Origin: Clostridia bacterium
GTDB taxonomy: Bacteria; Bacillota; Clostridia; Christensenellales; Pumilibacteraceae
NCBI GenBank assembly: GCA_017396125.1
Contig: JAFQMX010000040.1
Coordinates: 1 to 54,982 of the forward strand
Direction: 5' to 3'
Length of the DNA: 54,982 nucleotides
Below, piece after piece: positions 54,786 through 54,982 of the stretch. The position numbers and the translations under genes are program-made. The stretch's first letter is position 1; each line of letters begins with the position of its first letter. The notes below the pieces were generated by a model. That model saw only the letters and a program-made list of their open reading frames with translations, ran no database searches and was not told the DNA's origin.

Positions 54786-54982
54786 GAAGTCTACTTAGAG
54801 ATTTGAGAAAAGCAAGAGGAATGACACAAAAAGACGTTGCGGATAGAGTAGGAGTTGTTCCAAAAACCGTTTCGAAGTGGGAAACGGGGCACGGATTTCC
54901 CGACGTGTCCACTATCAGCGCGCTTGCTGACGTTCTCGGGGTAAGCGAAAGAATACTTTTGTCGGGTGATTTGATAAAAAAC
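54767..54982 (+). CDS. XRE-family helix-turn-helix regulator (3' end outside window)
   Basis: My own translation gives MDLRKNGSLLRDLRKARGMTQKDVADRVGVVPKTVSKWETGHGFPDVSTISALADVLGVS, a classic HTH_3 pattern. SD GGGAGG. Open to the window end. Confidence 0.8.
   Translation, partial: MDLRKNGSLLRDLRKARGMTQKDVADRVGVVPKTVSKWETGHGFPDVSTISALADVLGVSERILLSGDLIKN

Noticed and set aside
1-54982. Scan for rRNA, tRNA, CRISPR arrays, IS transposases, integrases and toxin-antitoxin pairs.
   Set aside because: None was recognised. Intergenic regions are short. No GGTTCGAATCC-type tRNA T-arm context was found. There are no regularly spaced repeat-spacer arrays and no DDE or tyrosine/serine recombinase motifs in any frame.

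Overview
This 54,982-nt window reads as a Bacillota (Clostridia-like) chromosomal segment of roughly 45-50% GC by eye, and most of it is housekeeping. All family names below come from reading motifs in the supplied translations; no database search or computation was run.

Gene content, in order:
- A 5'-truncated BspA-type LRR surface protein, a DUF421/DUF4363 pair, holA, and a YugP-type Zn peptidase.
- A Cof-type HAD hydrolase, an ACP translationally coupled to an AlkD-like gene, a TIGR01212 radical SAM, DegV, HutD, and an aspartate aminotransferase.
- trpS coupled to a DUF5685 / J-like cysteine-string / membrane cassette.
- A SpoVB-like flippase, divergent glmS and glmM, and ddl.
- purE-purM | purN-purH-purD-purL.
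- A ParA-AraC pair, ecfA1-ecfA2-ecfT-truA, fhs, guaA, a radical SAM/SPASM gene, and a 3'-truncated XRE regulator.

The stand-out region is a ~9.9-kb phage-derived island wedged between ddl and purE (about 24.9-34.7 kb). It encodes:
- a phage-type sigma-r4-like regulator;
- a large terminase with intact ATPase and nuclease motifs;
- a portal, an acidic scaffold-like protein, and an HK97-like major capsid protein;
- three unknown structural ORFs;
- two holin-family genes (BhlA/UviB-like and phi LC3-like).

The island shows no integrase, replication, prohead protease, recognisable tail, or endolysin genes. All its ORFs are intact, tightly packed, and carry strong Shine-Dalgarno sites. I interpret it as a candidate domesticated head-only particle module (GTA-like or capsid-forming-island-like). 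It also contains exactly phased direct repeats.

No rRNA, tRNA, CRISPR array or IS transposase was seen. The several very long antisense ORFs in the track are judged spurious.
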